The notes under the pieces are model-generated. The model worked only from the letters and a program-made list of their open reading frames with translations. It ran no database searches and was not told the origin of the DNA. The position numbers and the translations under genes are program-made. A stretch of 63,908 bases of DNA, counting the filler, from Chiloscyllium plagiosum (Eukaryota), in assembly GCF_004010195.1 (NCBI RefSeq). It is 6 parts of one record of this genome, joined end to end, with 100 filler letters (N's around TTAATTAATTAA, not from the genome) between each part and the next. Parts side by side here need not be neighbours in the genome. Positions count along the whole stretch, not along the records: positions 21,066 to 36,387 come from NC_057710.1; positions 36,488 to 47,992 come from NC_057710.1; 4 more parts are not named here. One strand, 5' to 3'. Below, piece by piece: positions 25,905 to 38,710 of the stretch (positions are counted from its first letter, which is position 1; every line of letters begins with the position of its first letter).

Positions 25905-27315
25905 AGAGTCCGAGAAATGTACAGCATGGAAACAGACCCTTCGGTCCAACCCGTCCATGCCGACCAAATATCCCAACCCAATCTAGTCCCACCTGCCAGC
26001 ACTCAACCCATATCTCTCCAAACCCTTCCTATTCATATACCCATCCAAATGTCTTTTAAATGTTGCAATTGTACCAGCCTCCACCACTTCCTCTGGCAGT
26101 TCATTCCATACACGTACCACCCCCTGCACGAAAAAATTGCCCCTTAGGTCTCTTTTATATCTTTCCCCTCTCACCCTAAACCTATGCCCTCTAGTCCGCT
26201 ACCCCAGGGAAGATACTTTGTCTATTTATCCTGTCCATGCCCCTCATAATTTTGTAAACCTCTATAAGGTCACCCCTCAGCTTCCGACGCTTCAGGGAAA
26301 ACAGCCCCAGCCTGTACAGCTTCTCCCTATAGCTCAATCCTCCAACCCTGGCAACATCCTTGTAAATCTTTTCTGAACCCTTTCACATTTCACAACACCT
26401 TTCCAATAGGAAGGAGACCAGAATTGCACGCAATATTCCAACAGTGGCCTAACCAATGTCCTGTACAGCCACAACATGACCTCCTGTACTCAGTACTCTG
26501 ACCAATAAAGGAAAGCATACCAAACACCTTCTTCACTATCCTATCTACCTACGACTCCACTTTCAAGGAGCTATGAACTTGTACTCCAAGGTCTCTTTGT
26601 TCAGCAACACTCCCTAGGACCTTACCATTAAGTGTGTAAGTCCTGCTAAGCTTTGCTTTCCCGAAATGCAGCACTTCGCATTTATCTGAATTGGCATGGT
26701 AGCTCAGTAGTTAGCACTGCTGCCTCACAGCACCAGGGTCCTTGGTTCGATCCCAGCCTTGGGCGACTGTCTGTGTGGAGTTTGCAAATTTCCCCCGTCT
26801 CCTGATACTCCGGTTTCCTCCCACAATCCACAGATGTGCTGGTCAGGTGAATTGGCCATTCTAAATTGCCCATAGTGTTAGGTGCATTAGTCAGAGGGAG
26901 ATGGGTCTGGGTGGGTTACTCTTGGGTCAGTGTGGACTAGTTGGGCCGAAGGAAATCCCAACAGATTTCCACACTGTTGGGAAATCCCAACAGATTTCCA
27001 CACTGTTGGGAATCTAAACTCCATCTGCCACTTCTTGGCCCATCTGATCAAGATCCTGTTGTAATCTGAGGTAACCTTCATCACCTCCAATTTTGGTGTC
27101 ATCTGCAAACTTACTAACAATACCTCTTATGCTCGCATCCAAATCATTTATATAAATGATGAAAAGTAAAGGACCCAGCACTGATCCTTGTGGCACTGCA
27201 CTGGTCACAGGCCTACCACCCTCTGTCTTCTACCTTTGAGCCAGTTCTGCAGCCAAATATCTAGTTCTCCCTGTATTCCGTGAGATCTAACCTTGCTAAC
27301 CAGTCTCCCATGGGG
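25905..27315 (-). mobile_element. young CR1 3' half
   Basis: Highly similar to 6470-7640; VPQGSVLGP and SKFADDTK in ORF 27014-27208. Confidence 0.9.
26693..27017 (+). mobile_element. HE1-like V-SINE nested in CR1
   Basis: ggcatggtagctcagtagttagcactgctgcctcacag...ggttcgatccc head followed by V domain. Confidence 0.88.
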
Positions 27316-28239
27316 AAATTCAGGCTTTAAAAATAAGGAAGCCTTGTTACAAGGCTGCAGGGTGTTGGTGACCATATCTTTATGTGCCCATATGATGTAG
27401 GAACAAAAGCAAGCCATTCAGCCAGCTGAGTCTGCTCTGCCACTCAATGAACTTGAGTGATAATCTGATCTGATAATCTTTAACTTCATTTTCCTGCCAT
27501 TCTTCCATAACCTTTGATTGCTTGAAAGAATTTTTTCTCCTACAGGGTAGTGAATATCTGGAATTCTCTACCTAGGGAGTTGTGAAGACTAAATCACTGA
27601 AAATATTTAAATTGATTAAAGAGAAGGTGGATTTTTTAAAAATAGTGGAGGATAGCTGAGCATGAGATAGGAATTGAGGCCTGAAGCAGATCAACCATGA
27701 CTTTGTTAAATGGCAAGGCAGGCTTGAAGGGCTACATGGTCTACTCCTGATCCTCTTTCTTACATTCTTCTGTTTTATCAGTAAAGTTAGCTACCGTACG
27801 TTCAGTCCTTAAATGGAAATCACAAATATGGATTGCAACTAGTTAAAGACCCAGCACTGATCACTGTGGCACTTCAGTAGTTATAACTTGCCAACCTGAA
27901 AAAGATTCATTTATCAATGCTCTGTGCTTCCCCTTTATCCATGCTAACATGTTCCACATAGCCCACTCTTCTTTTGTGCAACAACGTCTGGTGTGATATT
28001 TTATCAAATATCTTTTGAAGATCCAGCTACACCACACCACATCATATACACCAAATGGGTTCCTATTTAGCCACCTTGCTTGTTTCTTCCTAAAAAAGAC
28101 TTCTGTAAGTTAGGTAAACACCATTTCCCTTTCATAAAACCATGTGTGTGTTCACATCACGATTTTCTAAGTTTCCTCATTAATAACTAATTCAAACCAT
28201 TTTCTTATCATAAATGTTATACTAACTGGCCTATGTTTC

Positions 28240-28590
28240 GTGCTCTTTTTCATTCCTCGTGGATGTGGGTTTTCCTGGCTGGGCTAGCACATATTACCTG
28301 TCCTTATTACCCTTGAGAAGATGGTGGTGAGCTGCCTTCATGAACATTGCAGTCCACCTGCTGTGGGTTGACACTCAATGCCCTTAGGAAGGGAATTCCA
28401 GGACTTTGACCCACTCACAGTGAAGGAAAGGCAATTTATTTCTAAGTCAGGCGTTTCTCGCCAGTGTTCCTAGCCTCTGACCTGCTCTTGCAGCTATTGT
28501 GTTTATGTGGTGAGTCCAGTCAAGTTTCTGGGAAATGGTAACCACCAACAATATTGATAGTGGGGGATTCAGTGATGGCAATACCATTGA
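28240..28590 (-). mobile_element. L2-like 3' fragment
   Basis: Reverse-complement homology to parts of 23520-24170. Confidence 0.6.
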
Positions 28591-28879
28591 AGAACCATTG
28601 AGGGTTCCTAGTTGGCTGAACAATTTGGGGTCCTAACATTTGGGCAGAAGCCATTGGGTATCTGGAAGGAGCCGTTCTTGGTATGCAGTAAAATTCCTGA
28701 ACATAGCCAACTTATTTCCTGACAACAGTTGTTGTAAACTATGACCTAATTAATTAAGTCAGAGACCTTTATTAATGTGTACAGGCACCGCGACTCCAGG
28801 AAACAAGGGACAGCAGAGAAGGAACAGCTAGAAGCAATATTCTGGCCAGCAAAGGATCATCTCAATAAACCATGTGGAT

Positions 28880-29092
28880 AGGGACCATTGTACTGTTCTC
28901 TGTCCCTCCCACCCACAACAGACCAAGGCACACAAATAGAAAGTGGGATAGAACATCAGCACTTCAACAGAGGTTCACTAATGACATTACCTAGCATGGT
29001 GACGAAACATCTAAGAACAAATATTTCAGCTCAGCAAGCAAACTTACAACCTAAACCACAAACTGAGCTACAAATCTTTTCAGAAATCGCGA
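28880..29092 (+). mobile_element. Penelope family 3 3' terminus with decayed hammerhead
   Basis: ctaatgacattacctagcatggtgacgaaacatc at ~28978-29011; homologous to 15130-15372. Confidence 0.7.
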
Positions 29093-29769
29093 TCAGAAAT
29101 AAAGATTCAACTCTTTTACTCTCAACAGCAACTTTATAGATATTCTAACCTCAGTGAGGGGTCACCTACCTCTAATTTAACAGTTTTTCATTCAGTGGGA
29201 ACAGTCATAATATAAAAAACAAAAGAACTGCAGATGCTGTAAATCAGAGACAAAAATAGAATTTGCTGGAAAAGCTCTGTAGGTCATGGCAGTATCTGTG
29301 GACAGAAATCAGAGTTAAAGTTTCAGGTCTAGTGACCTTTCTTAGGACAGAACAATTATAACCACGCTCTTCTCAGCAAATCTCTAAGAATGCTGGAGAA
29401 ACTCAGGGCTGGCACTATCTGTGTAGAGAGAAACAGAGTCCAATACAACTTCAGAACCAACAGCATTTTGCCATTATTCGAGTGAGCACCCTACTAGATA
29501 TGAACAGTTGGGAATCCAGACATGGTAATGTCATTGAAAATCAAGGGCAATGATTCATTTCTCTTTTGGAGGAGATAACCATTATTTATCATGTCTTTGT
29601 TTGAATGTTGCTTACTACATATCAACACAAGACTAATTCTTCTTTAGATCTTGTTTCATATTGGCGGGCTGCTGCAGTTGCAAATGGGTCTACAATCACC
29701 AGTAAACATCCCCACCTTTGCTTATAAGAAAGATTAAAGGTCATTAACGATGCAACACTTTTAAAATAG

Positions 29770-31702
29770 TTTTAAAATAGTGATGGAAAAGGATAGCCCA
29801 GATCTAAAAGTTGAAGTTCTAAATTGGAGAAAGGCCAATTTTGAATGTATTAGGCAAGAACTTTCGAAAGCTGATTAGAGGCAGATTTTCGCAGGTAAAG
29901 GGATGGCTGGAAAATGGGAAGCCTTCAGAAATGAGATAACAAGAATCCAGAGAAAGTATATTCCTGTCAGGGTGAAAGGGAAGGCTGGTTGATATAGGGA
30001 ATGCTGGATGACTAAAGACATTGAGGGTTTGGTTAAGAAAAAGAAGGAAGCATTTGTCGGGTATAGACAGGATAGATCGAGTGAATCCTTAGAAGAGTAT
30101 AAAGGAAGTAGGAGTATATTTAAGAGGGCAAAACGGGGACATGAGATAGCTTTGGCAAATAGAATTGAGGAGAATCCAAAGGGTTCTTACAAATATGTTA
30201 AGGACAATAGGGTAACTAGGGAGAGAATAGGGCCCCTCAAAGATCAGCAAAGCGGCCTTTGTGTGGAGCCACAGAAAATGGGGGAGATATTAAATGAATA
30301 TCTTGCATCAGTATTTACTGTGGAAAAGGATATGGAAGATATAGACAGGAGGGAAATAGATGGTGACATCTTGCAAAATGTCCGGATTACAGAGGAGGAA
30401 GTGCTGGATGTCTTGAAATGGTTAAAGGTGGATAAATCCCCAGGACCTGATCAGGTGTACCAGAGAAGTCTGTGGAAAGCTAGAGAAGTGATTACTGGGC
30501 CTCTTGCTGAGATATTTGTATCATCGATAGCCACAGGTGAGGTGCCGGAAGACTGGAGGTTGGCAAACGTGGTGCCACTGTTTAAGAAGGGTGGTAAAGA
30601 CAAGCCAGGGTGAGCCTAACCTCAGTGGTGGGCAAATTGTTGGAGGGAATCCTGAGGGAAAGGATGTACATGTATTTGGAATGGCAAGGACTGATTAGGG
30701 ATAGTCAACATGGCTTTGTTCATGGGAAATCATGTCTCACAAACTTGATTTTTTTTGAAGAAGTAACAAAGAGGATTGATGAGGGCAGAGCGGTAGATGT
30801 GATCTATATGGACTTCAATAAGGCGTTCGACAAGGTTCCACATGGGAGACTGATTAGCAAGGTTAGATCGCATGGAATGCAGGGAAACTAGCCATTTGGG
30901 TACAGAACTGGCTCAAAGGTAGAAGACAGAGGGTGGTGGTGGAGGGTTGTTTTTCAGNNNNNNNNNNNNNNNNNNNNNNNNNNNNNNNNNNNNNNNNNNN
31001 NNNNNNNNNNNNNNNNNNNNNNNNNNNNNNNNNNNNNNNNNNNNNNNNNNNNNNNNNNNNNNNNNNNNNNNNNNNNNNNNNNNNNNNNNNNNNNNNNNNN
31101 NNNNNNNNNNNNNNNNNNNNNNNNNNNNNNNNNNNNNNNNNNNNNNNNNNNNNNNNNNNNNNNNNNNNNNNNNNNNNNNNNNNNNNNNNNNNNNNNNNNN
31201 NNNNNNNNNNNNNNNNNNNNNNNNNNNNNNNNNNNNNNNNNNNNNNNNNNNNNNNNNNNNNNNNNNNNNNNNNNNNNNNNNNNNNNNNNNNNNNNNNNNN
31301 NNNNNNNNNNNNNNNNNNNNNNNNNNNNNNNNNNNNNNNNNNNNNNNNNNNNNNNNNNNNNNNNNNNNNNNNNNNNNNNNNNNNNNNNNNNNNNNNNNNN
31401 NNNNNNNNNNNNNNNNNNNNNNNNNNNNNNNNNNNNNNNNNNGAAAGATATAAAAGAGACCTAAGGGGCAACTTTTTCACGCAGGGGGTAGTACATGTAT
31501 GGAATGAGCTGCCAGAGGAGGTGGTGGAAGCTGGTACAATTGCAACATTTAAGAGGCATTTGGATGGGTATATGAATAGGAAGGGTTTGGAGGGATATGA
31601 GCCAGGTGCTGGCAGGTGGGACTAGATTGTGTTGGGATATTTGGTCGGCATGGACGGGTTAGACCGAAGGGTCTGTTTCCATGCTGTACATCTCTATGAC
31701 TT
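29770..31702 (+). mobile_element. CR1 ORF2 (5'-truncated, gapped)
   Basis: ORFs 30008-30613 and 30610-30891 (KSPGPD, YMDFNKAFDKVPH); CR1 tail after gap 30958-31442. Confidence 0.92.
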
Positions 31703-32059
31703 GTTCGAACCAGTAATCAAGGAATATGGGAAAAAGTGGAATTGAGGATTATCAGATCAGCCATGATCACACTGAATGGCTTACTTTTGCTCCCATGTCT
31801 TATGATCTTATGATACTAATTAGGTCTAAAACAATTCCCAAAGGAACTTCTGCTGCAATGCACTGGGGCTGAATGATTATCCATCTTTTTGTTAGTTATG
31901 ACTGCAACAAATAAATTGTGAATGTTAATGCACCTATGTGCAGTATTTCCATTTTCATTCCTGGTTTTCAATTGATCTACTCTGGTAGAAAGCCCGTCAT
32001 TAATCCTTCAATTGACAGCTCCAGTGCTCCATGGTTAAATTTATAAAGTCATCATGGTC

Positions 32060-32240
32060 TTACCAGTCCATAGGACTGCTCACTTATTAGAGTGAGATGA
32101 CTGGTGGTAGTTTAACCCAAAGGTCACCACGCCACAAGAGAAAGGGGATGTTATAATAACTTCAGTTGGTACGGTATTGAACCCACACTGCTGGCATCAC
32201 TCTGCATCACAAACTAGTCATCCAGCTAACTGAGTTAAAT
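32060..32240 (-). mobile_element. tRNA-derived SINE
   Basis: Homologous to 42415-42570 and to the reverse complement of 43675-43890. Confidence 0.55.
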
Positions 32241-33435
32241 TAATAAAGCAAGTCTGTGTAATATCATACTGTTTTTATTAAAAATCAAGGAACTTAATCA
32301 ACTGGGATTGATGTGAGATCAAAAGGTGAGGGAATTTATTTAAGTGGAGATGGAAACACACAGCTACTACTGAGACAAAGAACATGTGACTGCATTCTGG
32401 AAAGAAACAGATGGACACAGATGGAAGATGGCTGCATTGCTAAGCAAAGGATTTCTTAGTACTGCTTCAAAGAGAAGGGGAGTCCTCTTCAGCCAATATT
32501 AATTTCTCAATCAACACCACCAAGACAAATTACATGGCCACAGGAACTGGAGGCCACAGAGTCCTCCAAGCCTTACATTCTGGCTTAATTTCTGAATTGA
32601 ATTGTCACATGTACTCACATGAGTACAATGAAAAGTTTACAAGTCACCACTTACAGCACAGGTAACAGATTCTTGTGTACAAACTCTTAGGAAAAAATTT
32701 AAAATAAAGAAATAAAAAGTCCATCATTACACACTTTCAAAAGCAGAAAATCATAGTAATAAATTTAAAAACTGAAATAAAAAGTTCAGAAACAGTCCTT
32801 CCACAATAATATAATAAAAAAAAAACAAAATTTTAAGACCAAGGAGAATTTAAGATAAAATCCGCTGTATTGAAATCCTGGGAAATCCTTACAGCAGGTT
32901 TTCTTGTTAATTGATGAAAAACTAAATATTATTGCACTAATTGCATGTTTTAATTTGTGTTCAATGGAATCTAAACTGATTTTATTCTTGCTTGTATAAC
33001 ACGTGGGTAAAAGCAGCTGAGTGGTGACATGATATGGTACTGGTGGTCTGCACCTTCATTAACCAAATGTTCTGACCATGAAATTTTTGAAAGGAACCAA
33101 AACGTGAAAGGTAAAATTTCAGCAGAAATCCAAACCAAAGCATGAAAGTAGGCAGGTTGCTACAAGAACAAAAAAGATCATCTGAACACAAGTTGAATGT
33201 CTTAGACAGAGGGCAGATAGAACATTAGTGCCAAGAATACAATTTTTATTCTTGGCACTGGTCTGTTTCCAGGTTAATTGGAGTTTGAGAACATGACATA
33301 CAAATCCAGAGACTGATCTGGCCTGAACAGGCGAGAAGGGTATAACATGCTTTGAACTGGTCAAATAACAGTGAGGTAATGATGGAGTTCAATCAATCAG
33401 TCTCCTTAGATTTTACTGTGTAAACAGAGATTGCT

Positions 33436-33645
33436 GAAAGTTACACATCACACAACACCAGATTATAGTCCAACAGGTTTAATTGGAAGCACTAGCTTTC
33501 GGAGCGCCGCTTCTTCATCAGGTGGTTGTGGAGTGCACAATTGTGCATTCCACATCTACTTGATGAAGGAACAGCGCTCCGAAAGCTAGTGCTTCCAATT
33601 AAACCTGTTGGACTATAATCTGGTGTTGTGTGATGTGTAACTTTC
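33436..33645. repeat. 210-bp gap-free inverted repeat from Penelope terminus family 2
   Basis: Arms symmetric about 33540/33541 (gtgcacaa|ttgtgcat) with few mismatches. Confidence 0.92.
33488..33527 (-). ncRNA. minimal type I hammerhead ribozyme motif
   Basis: Minus strand cac-CUGAUGA-a-gaagc ggc gcucc-GAAA-gc-UA-gug; core intact, one mismatch in stem II, very short stems I and III. Confidence 0.6.
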
Positions 33646-34905
33646 TACAGCCCAGTCCAACACTGGCATCTCAATCTCTAGTAGTCATGATTTGGAGGTA
33701 TTGTGTCTGTGTGTATTGACTGACAATCTGGTACCTGGGGCACAATCAGGGAGTAGTTAAGTAAAGATAAGTTGCATTTTTATACTTCTACTTAGAGACT
33801 AACAAGTCTTACTTACATCTCCCTCGCTCTGGTAGTGCGTCTGGGGGCTTAATGTTTAATGTACAAAACACAACCAGCATGAATGGAAAATGTGAGGAAT
33901 ACAAGGAAGCTGGAGCATGAGAAACTTAATTAAATTTTAACATTATTCACAAATTTCATCATGATGCTGGTACAGTATTTTGGAACTCTTTTCCAAACTG
34001 CAGATTTTCACTGAATTAATTCATGCAACAGAGAACAGACTTCAAAGCAATTGTAATAATGCAATTTCAACAACCCATTCTTAAATAGAACAGGATGGTG
34101 TACACTTCAAACAGTGATGAAATACACAAATGCTTGGTATACAACTTCTGTTTAATAAGATATTTCAGGTTGTAGTTACGTATTGGACATGGTACCATAC
34201 ACCTAACTAAATTATCTACATGAAGCAGAATTATATATGTTTATCCTTCATGCACTGGTTCCTTTCCCCATGCCAATACTCCACTAGCCCACTTTCAATG
34301 CAAATTCTTTTTAAATTTACAGTAAATTTAAATAATCAGCCCCTGGGAGCTTAATATATGCACACTCAATGTTTGAGCTTTGTGCCAAATTGTGGCAGGA
34401 AAGAAATTACATGAAAATATACCAAAGCTACCTCAATCAAACCAACATAGAAAGGTATGCAAACTTTACCGGTAGTTGTCTATTCATACATTCACTTTTT
34501 CTATTTTATTTAAAGAATGAAGATCACACCGAACTTTAAAAAAATCAAATGTAACCCATGAAATGACAATGATACTATGAGGAACCATACGAAAACATTG
34601 TTCATGGGTAATTACATATATTTTAAGTTTAAAAAATGCACTACTAGTATCGTCCCAATATAAAATAACTGCATGAAATGGTGAGTGCTGGTGTACTCAC
34701 TTGATCAAGTATCAAGACCAAGCTGAGTTAAAAAGCCCTATTGCAACCAATTTATACCCAGTAGTTTTCCTTCTTCAGTCTGTCCCAAATACACATTGGC
34801 ATGTTCACACCAACCATAACTTAGCAAGCATTAGTCCAACAGAATAATGAATTGCTACAGCCCTGATCAAAACTTCCTAAACGATTCCCCCAATCACAGT
34901 AAACT

Positions 34906-34969
34906 TCAAAAGAAGATCTGTTTTGCATCAGCTGGTGCTTGCTCCATTGGACAATACGGGCATTTTAAC
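34906..34969 (-). CDS. RMND5A: RMND5A (CTLH/GID E3 ligase RING subunit), terminal coding exon
   Basis: Pyrimidine tract and AG at 34971-34970, then g|[20 protein letters not shown]; matches the RMND5A C-terminus (human [20 protein letters not shown]) better than RMND5B. Confidence 0.92.
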
Positions 34970-35289
34970 CTAGGAAGTGAACACAAATGAAACTTAATTA
35001 GAAAATCACAGTTAAAAGAATCAGAGAAAGAGAAACAGTCCTTCATGATCACTCTACCAGTCAACTGTTGCAGTGCTGTGGGACCAGCAAAGATGTTTTT
35101 TGTATTTTTACATTCTGGTAGTTACACCTGTGCTAATCACTCAAACATTTTGGGAATTATACAGCAGACCAATTTTACATGGGGGACACAGTGGTAATGT
35201 TCCTTGACAAGCAATCCAGAGCCCCAAATTCACGTTCTGAGGATATGGGCCCAAATCCCAACAGCTAGTGGAATTTAAAATTCAATTAA

Positions 35290-36387
35290 TTAACAAGGGG
35301 TACGTCGGCTTCCAAGACATCAATTGTGTTAGGGGATTCTGTAGTCAGAGGTGCAGACAGACGTTTCTGTGGCCAGCAGAGAAAAAGCAGAATGGTGTGT
35401 TGTTTCCCTGGTGCCAGGATCAAGGATGTCTCAAAGAGGGTGCAGAATGTTCTCACGGGGGAGAGGAGCCAGCAAGAGGTCATTGTCCACATTGGAACCA
35501 ACGATATAGGAAGGGAAAAGGTTGAGATTCTCAAGGGAGATTAGAGAGAGTTAGGCAGAAATTTAAAAAAGAGGTTCTCAAGGGTAGTAATATCTGGATT
35601 ACTCCCAGTGCTACGAGCTAGTGAGGGCAGGAATAGGAGGATAGAGCAGATGAATGCATGGCTGAGGAGCTGGTGTATGGGAGAAGGATTCACATTTTTG
35701 GATCATTGGAATCTCTTTTGGGGGAAGAGGTGACCTATACAAGGAGGATGGATTGCACCTAAATTGGAAGGGGACTAATATACTGGCAGGGAAATTTGCT
35801 AGAACTGCTCGGGAGGATTTAAACTAGTAAGGTGATGGGGGGAGGCGTTGGTGGGACCCAGGGTGATAGTGAGGAAAGAGATCAATCTGAGACTGGTACA
35901 GTTGAGAACAGAAGTGAGTCAAACAGTCAGGGCAGGCATGGACAAGGTAGGACTAATAAATTAAACTGTAAGGGGCTGAACAGGGGAGGCAGATGAACTC
36001 AGGGCATGGGATATCATAGCAATTACAGAAACATGGCTCAGGGTTGGGCAGGACTGGCAGCTTAATGTTCCAGGAAACAAATGCTACAGGAAGGATAGAA
36101 AGGGAGGCAAGAGAAGAGGGGGAGTGGCATTTTTGACAAGGGATAGCATTACAGCTGTGCTGAGGGAGGATATTCCCGGAAATACATCCAGGGACGTTAT
36201 TTGGGTGGAACTGAGAAATGAGAAAGGGATGATCACCTTATTGGGACTGTATTATAGACCCCCTAATAGTCAGAGGGAAATTGGGAAACAAACTTGTGAG
36301 GAGATCTCAGCTTTTTGTAAGAATAATAGAGTAGTTATGGTAGGGGATTTTAACTTTCCAAACATCGACTGGGACTACCATAGTGCT
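35290..36387 (+). mobile_element. CR1 ORF1 esterase + ORF2 endonuclease fragment
   Basis: LGDSVVRG, VIVHIGTND, LYYRPPNS and MVGDFNFP; near-identical to ~50660-51570. Confidence 0.92.
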
Positions 36388-36487
36388 NNNNNNNNNNNNN
36401 NNNNNNNNNNNNNNNNNNNNNNNNNNNNNNNTTAATTAATTAANNNNNNNNNNNNNNNNNNNNNNNNNNNNNNNNNNNNNNNNNNNN
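36388..36487. other. artificial scaffold linker N44-TTAATTAATTAA-N44
   Basis: The identical 100-nt motif also occurs at 20966-21065, 47993-48092, 55521-55620 and 60650-60749. Confidence 0.95.
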
Positions 36488-36660
36488 TCCCCCGACCTTT
36501 TATCTTAGCCTGATTGGCACACCCTCCTCATTCCTGAAGAAGGGCTTATTCCCGAAACGTCGATTCTCCTGCTCCTTTGATGCTGCCTGACCTGCTGCGT
36601 TTTTCCAGCAACACATTTTTCAGCTCTGATCTCCAGCATCTGCAGTCCTCAGTTTCTGCT
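36488..36660 (+). mobile_element. Penelope family 1 3' terminus
   Basis: Homologous to 60880-61023 and 19545-19631. Confidence 0.85.
36529..36566 (+). ncRNA. minimal hammerhead ribozyme motif
   Basis: CTGAAGA 36534-36540, stem ggg..ccc, GAAA 36554-36557, then cgTC (palindromic ACGT, GUC cleavage triplet). Confidence 0.55.
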
Positions 36661-37139
36661 CTTTGAAAATGCTGTCACAATTAGTTCCCTTCAAGTCCAT
36701 GGCAAGACTCTGAGGACAGTGAGTCTTTGAAATGCACTTCCCCAGAAAACTGTGAAGGCATACAAACACTAGAATCAGGGGCAAAAGTGGGCCAGTCGGT
36801 CTCAGTCCAGATGTGCCATTTAACAAGATTATGACTAATCTGATTTTGGTCTCTAGTCAACATTTCGACCTACCCCTAATAATCGTGGACCCCTTTGTTA
36901 TTCAAGTATTTATCTGCCTTTACCTTCAAAATATTTAGTGACTTTAAGTTCTCTGCTATCTGGGCAGAGAGTTCCAAATACTCTGTACTCTGAGAGTAAA
37001 TGATTATTTCTACCTTTATTTTTAACTTGTTCTCCTCCGGTGATAATTCTTCTCACAAAGGGAAACATCTCTTCAGTATCTATCCTGTTGAGTTTCATCA
37101 GGATCTTGTGTTAAAGTAAGACCATCTCTCATTCTTCTG

Positions 37140-38262
37140 AGCTCCAATTGACATGGGATGAGAGTTAAAAAGTGTGGCACTGGAAAAGCACAGCAGGTCA
37201 GGCAGCATCCGAGCAGGAAGATCGTCAACGTTTCGGGCATAAGCATTTCATCAGGGTCAAGTGCTGGAAGGTGGGACTAGATTGGGTTGGGATATCTTGT
37301 CGGCATGGACGAGTTGTCCAAAGGGTCTGCTTCCGTGCTGTATATCTCTGTGAGGGATGTGGTAATTGCTGACATGGCAGCATGGGTAAGGTCCAACCTT
37401 AATTGAGAGCAATTGAAAGTTAACCATATTGACTGGAGTCGCATGTTGGCTAGACCAGGAAAGAAATGAGAGATTTCCTTCTCAATATCTGCTAATGTAG
37501 TCAACTCAGCCACATTAGGGCGATTTAAACTATCCTTAGATAAGCACATGGATGATTTTGGGTTAGTGTAAGGGGACGAGCTGAGAATAGTTCACAGGTC
37601 GGCGCAACATAGAGGGCCTGTTCTGTGCTATATTGTTCTATGTTCTATGAACCTGCACTCCAAGGCCTCTTTGTTCAGCAATACTCCTTAGGACCTTACT
37701 ATTAAGTGTATAAGTCCTGCTAAGATTTGCTTTCCTAAAATGCAGCATCTCGCATTTATCTAAATTAAACTCCATCTGCCAATTCTCAGCCCATTGGCCC
37801 ATCTGATCAAGATCCCGTTGCACGCCAAGGTAACCTTTGCTGTCCACTCCATCTCCAATTTTGGTGTCATCTGCAAACTGACTAACTATACCTCTTATGC
37901 TCACATCCAAATTATTTTGTAGATTCCCTTAGGATTCTCCATAACCTTATTTCCCTCTTAAATGTACTCCTCCAGGGATTCACCATGTACAATTCTAATC
38001 ACCCTGTTGTGATTATTAAACTGGAGAGATACCTAGGGGGCAACTTTTTCACGCAGAGGGTGGTACGTGTATGGAATGAGCTGCCAGAGGAAATGATGGA
38101 GGCGAGTACAATTGCAACATACAAAAGGTGTCTGGATGGGTATATGAATAGGAAGGGTTTGGAGGGATACGGGCCATGTGCTGGCAGGTGGGACTAGATT
38201 GCGTTGGGATATCTGGTCTGCATGGACGAGTTGGACCGAAGAGTCTGTTTCCATGCTGGACA
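37140..38262. mobile_element. patchwork of a Penelope half-terminus and CR1 fragments on both strands
   Basis: Penelope arm 37160-37258; CR1 RT on minus 37638-37910 (SQFADDTK); CR1 3' end on plus 38020-38262. Confidence 0.75.
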
Positions 38263-38710
38263 AAAAAAATGCTATTAATGAACCAGGTGAGTTTTTATGG
38301 CATTAATGAGATTGACCTTCCATTTTTCACCATTTGCTATGGTAGCATTTGAATCTGTGTCCACAAGAAACTAGGTGGATGTCTGGATCTCGGTGGGATC
38401 ACTAGCATCTTCCCATGCTGATGGGGTTGGTTAAATATTGTTGATAGGTGCTTGTTGATATATATTAGCCACGACCAGTTGGGCCATATAGCCCATTTTT
38501 ATGCTCTACTTTCTGAGAACCAATCTCAAGTTGTAATGCAGTTCTGCTGTCTGAGTGAGGTTAAACCAGTTGTGCATCAATTGAACAGTATTGCAGTTTA
38601 AGTGTGAATTAGGAAGTAATTACAGATTTAAGTAATGGTCATTCACTCCTGTTTCATAACAACCCCTTCACTTTGTGTGAACTCCGAAATGTTTTTTTTT
38701 CCCCTTTTAG

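Larger units (their letters stand above)
25010..27770 (+). mobile_element. old CR1 split by a SINE and a younger antisense CR1
   Basis: YLDFQ motif at ~25070 and EFNAGKCEVMHFG in ORF 25698; resumes at ~27320 and ends in a CR1 tail at ~27770. Confidence 0.7.
32981..34905 (-). other. RMND5A: putative RMND5A 3'UTR
   Basis: Mostly unique AT-rich sequence downstream of the stop; minus-strand AATAAA at 34505-34510 and 32981-32986, ATTAAA at 34151-34156; the site actually used is unknown. Confidence 0.5.
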
